Shown here piece by piece: positions 62,926 through 64,000 of a DNA stretch of 64,000 nucleotides. The notes under the pieces are model-generated. The model made no database searches and was not told where the DNA came from. It worked only from the letters and a program-made list of their open reading frames with translations. The stretch lies in the NCBI GenBank assembly GCA_035221665.1, contig CM069142.1, forward strand, positions 5,890,001-5,954,000. The letters are read 5' to 3'. A program made the position numbers and the translations under genes. The first letter of the stretch is position 1; every line of letters begins with the position of its first letter. Source of the stretch: Okamejei kenojei (taxonomy: Eukaryota).

Positions 62926-63229
62926 TGCTTTATCTTCAAACTGCATTCCACAAATTCATCAGGATTTTCTTGACAATAAACCAATCAATGATATGCTGAT
63001 AGTATGAAATAAAATGAAAACCCTTTGAGGAGAACAACAAAATTAAGAGTTTTTCTTCAACCATTTTTTGATTGTCTTATCCAGAGGCAAGAAAATGTTC
63101 TAAACTTCTAACCCAACTGGATTCAAACCTTAAATGCAAACTGAGGTTCAACAGAAGCAGCGATAGGAGAATTTCTCAATCCATGCACCACTAACTCTGT
63201 CAACTGCCAGCACACGTTTCATTCTGCAC

Positions 63230-63360
63230 TTAGTCTGAAGAAGGGTCTCGACCCAAAACCTCACCCATTCCTTCTGTCCAGAGATGCTGCCTGTCCCGTT
63301 GAGTTACTCCAGCTTTTTGCGTCTATCTTCGGTTTAAACCAGCATCTGCAGTTCCTTCTT
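63230..63360 (+). mobile_element. Solo pLTR-type short repeat with degenerate hammerhead motif
   Basis: CTGAAGAAGGGTCTCGACCC...CAGCATCTGCAGTTCCTTC, flanked by duplicated TCATTCTGCACTT. Confidence 0.75.
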
Positions 63361-64000
63361 ACTCATTCTGCACTTCGAACTGAAATATTAGATATGTCAA
63401 ATTTTTTCCATCAACAATTTTTTTAATATTTGCAATTTTGCTTGGAGTAAAATTATTTAAACGGAAGGATCAATGTCAGCATTATCGTACCTTAATGAGC
63501 GACATTTTAAATTCTTTATCTGTCAAACTAAAAGGTATACACTTCTATTTACTGGATCAATTAATGAATTGCTATGTGCCCTACTTCCGATTTACTTAGC
63601 TTCTAATTAAAATTACAACTTTTAATGGTGCAATAAAGGTTACTCAGAAGCTGCAAAAACCTTCAGTCCTTTTAATCAAAGTCTACTTAAAACAACATGC
63701 ATTGATACCTCTGCCCAAAATATAGCAAAAATAGCTTGAATAATACCAACACAAACTGGCAGTTAAAACTAGCCCAGCGAACTTATTTTCTATATGCCCC
63801 ATTTAGGTTAAAGAGTAAATAGCCAATGTGCAATCAAGGCTTGAGCTATACTGCCTCATGATATGGGGTACAGGTCATCACACCTCACTTTTAACTGAAC
63901 ACACAGCATCAGATTTGATGGGAATTTTATTTTCCCACTGCATGGCATGTTATTATGGAATAGGACAATTTGACATTAAGCACTATTTCATTTTTAAGTA

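Noticed and set aside
1-64000. True tRNA/rRNA genes, CRISPR arrays or prokaryotic systems
   Set aside because: Eukaryotic intron-rich DNA; tRNA-like boxes are SINE heads and no repeat-spacer array was seen.

Overview
Vertebrate genomic DNA, most likely from a cartilaginous fish (skate/ray-like repeat landscape; inferred). The one clearly recognisable gene is CD247 (T-cell receptor CD3 zeta) on the + strand. Coding exons 2-8 lie at 31026-46742, with the TM Cys/Asp motif and three ITAMs. The signal-peptide exon was not found, so most of 1-31 kb is probably intron 1. The region 1-46 kb is dense in mobile DNA: CR1, L1, Rex1/Babar and Penelope-like fragments, tRNA-derived SINEs, Harbinger MITEs, a hAT element, and a ~5 kb long-TIR Academ-like element containing a full-length Passport-like Tc1. 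The region ~47-62 kb is AT-rich and almost repeat-free. It looks like the spliced 3' end and long 3'UTR of a convergent minus-strand gene (POU2F1 by synteny, not recognised from sequence). The most striking observation is in CD247 intron 6, in the 3' end of an internally deleted Hero-like retroelement (42618-42745). It holds a complete hammerhead ribozyme core in a permuted, pseudoknotted topology that fits none of types I-III, with a consensus kink-turn. Repeat boundaries are approximate unless TSDs are given.
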